NCBI GenBank assembly: GCA_002269645.1
Contig: NIVC01000922.1
Coordinates: 186,001 to 250,000, forward strand
Source of the DNA: Macrostomum lignano
Taxonomy: Eukaryota
DNA length: 64,000 nucleotides
Direction of reading: 5' to 3'
Positions 63,855-64,000 of the stretch are shown one piece after another. The position numbers were made by a program, and so were the translations under genes. Each line of letters begins with the position of its first letter. Positions within the stretch are counted from its first letter, which is position 1. The notes beneath the pieces are model-generated. The model was not told where the DNA came from. It searched no databases and worked only from the letters and a program-made list of their open reading frames with translations.

Positions 63855-64000
63855 ACAGTGGAGTGATGAAGGAGACAGTGGGGTGATGAAGAAGACAATG
63901 GGGTGATGAATAAGACAGTTAGAGTGATGAAGAAGACAGTGGGGTGATGAAGAAGACAGTGGGGGTGATGAAGAAGACAGTGGGGGTGATAAAGAAGACA
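63855..64000. repeat. 20/21-bp repeat GACAGTGGGGTGATGAAGAA, cut by the window edge
   Basis: About 7 copies visible. Confidence 0.85.

Overview
Intron-containing eukaryotic (animal) genomic DNA, with no prokaryotic operons or CRISPR arrays. GC-rich exons with polyQ/polyA/polyP tracts and introns packed with locus-specific minisatellites suggest a free-living flatworm such as Macrostomum (inference only). I assembled spliced genes by hand from GT-AG boundaries and frame continuity: the last exon of an unknown gene (+), a 4-exon Tlx/C15 homeobox gene (+), a 15-exon conventional protein kinase C (-), a 2-exon membrane-anchored JMJD6/JMJD4-like JmjC oxygenase (-), a 15-exon Delphilin (GRID2IP)-type PDZ-formin (+), a 2-exon CD20/MS4A-like tetraspan protein (-) and an apparently intronless divergent TRPV-like channel (-). 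Mobile DNA includes an intact DD34D mariner with 197-bp perfect inverted repeats and odd 16-bp asymmetric outer ends, inserted in a satellite inside Delphilin intron 3, plus a LINE 3' remnant and a MITE-like element. About 35 tandem arrays generate most of the long ORFs in the supplied track, and those ORFs are spurious. The most interesting items are the mariner end structure, a probable formin-less short Delphilin isoform, the membrane-anchored JmjC enzyme, the divergent TRPV-like channel, an inverted pair of related minisatellites, and minisatellite-driven intron expansion. Array boundaries are approximate and all counts were done by eye.
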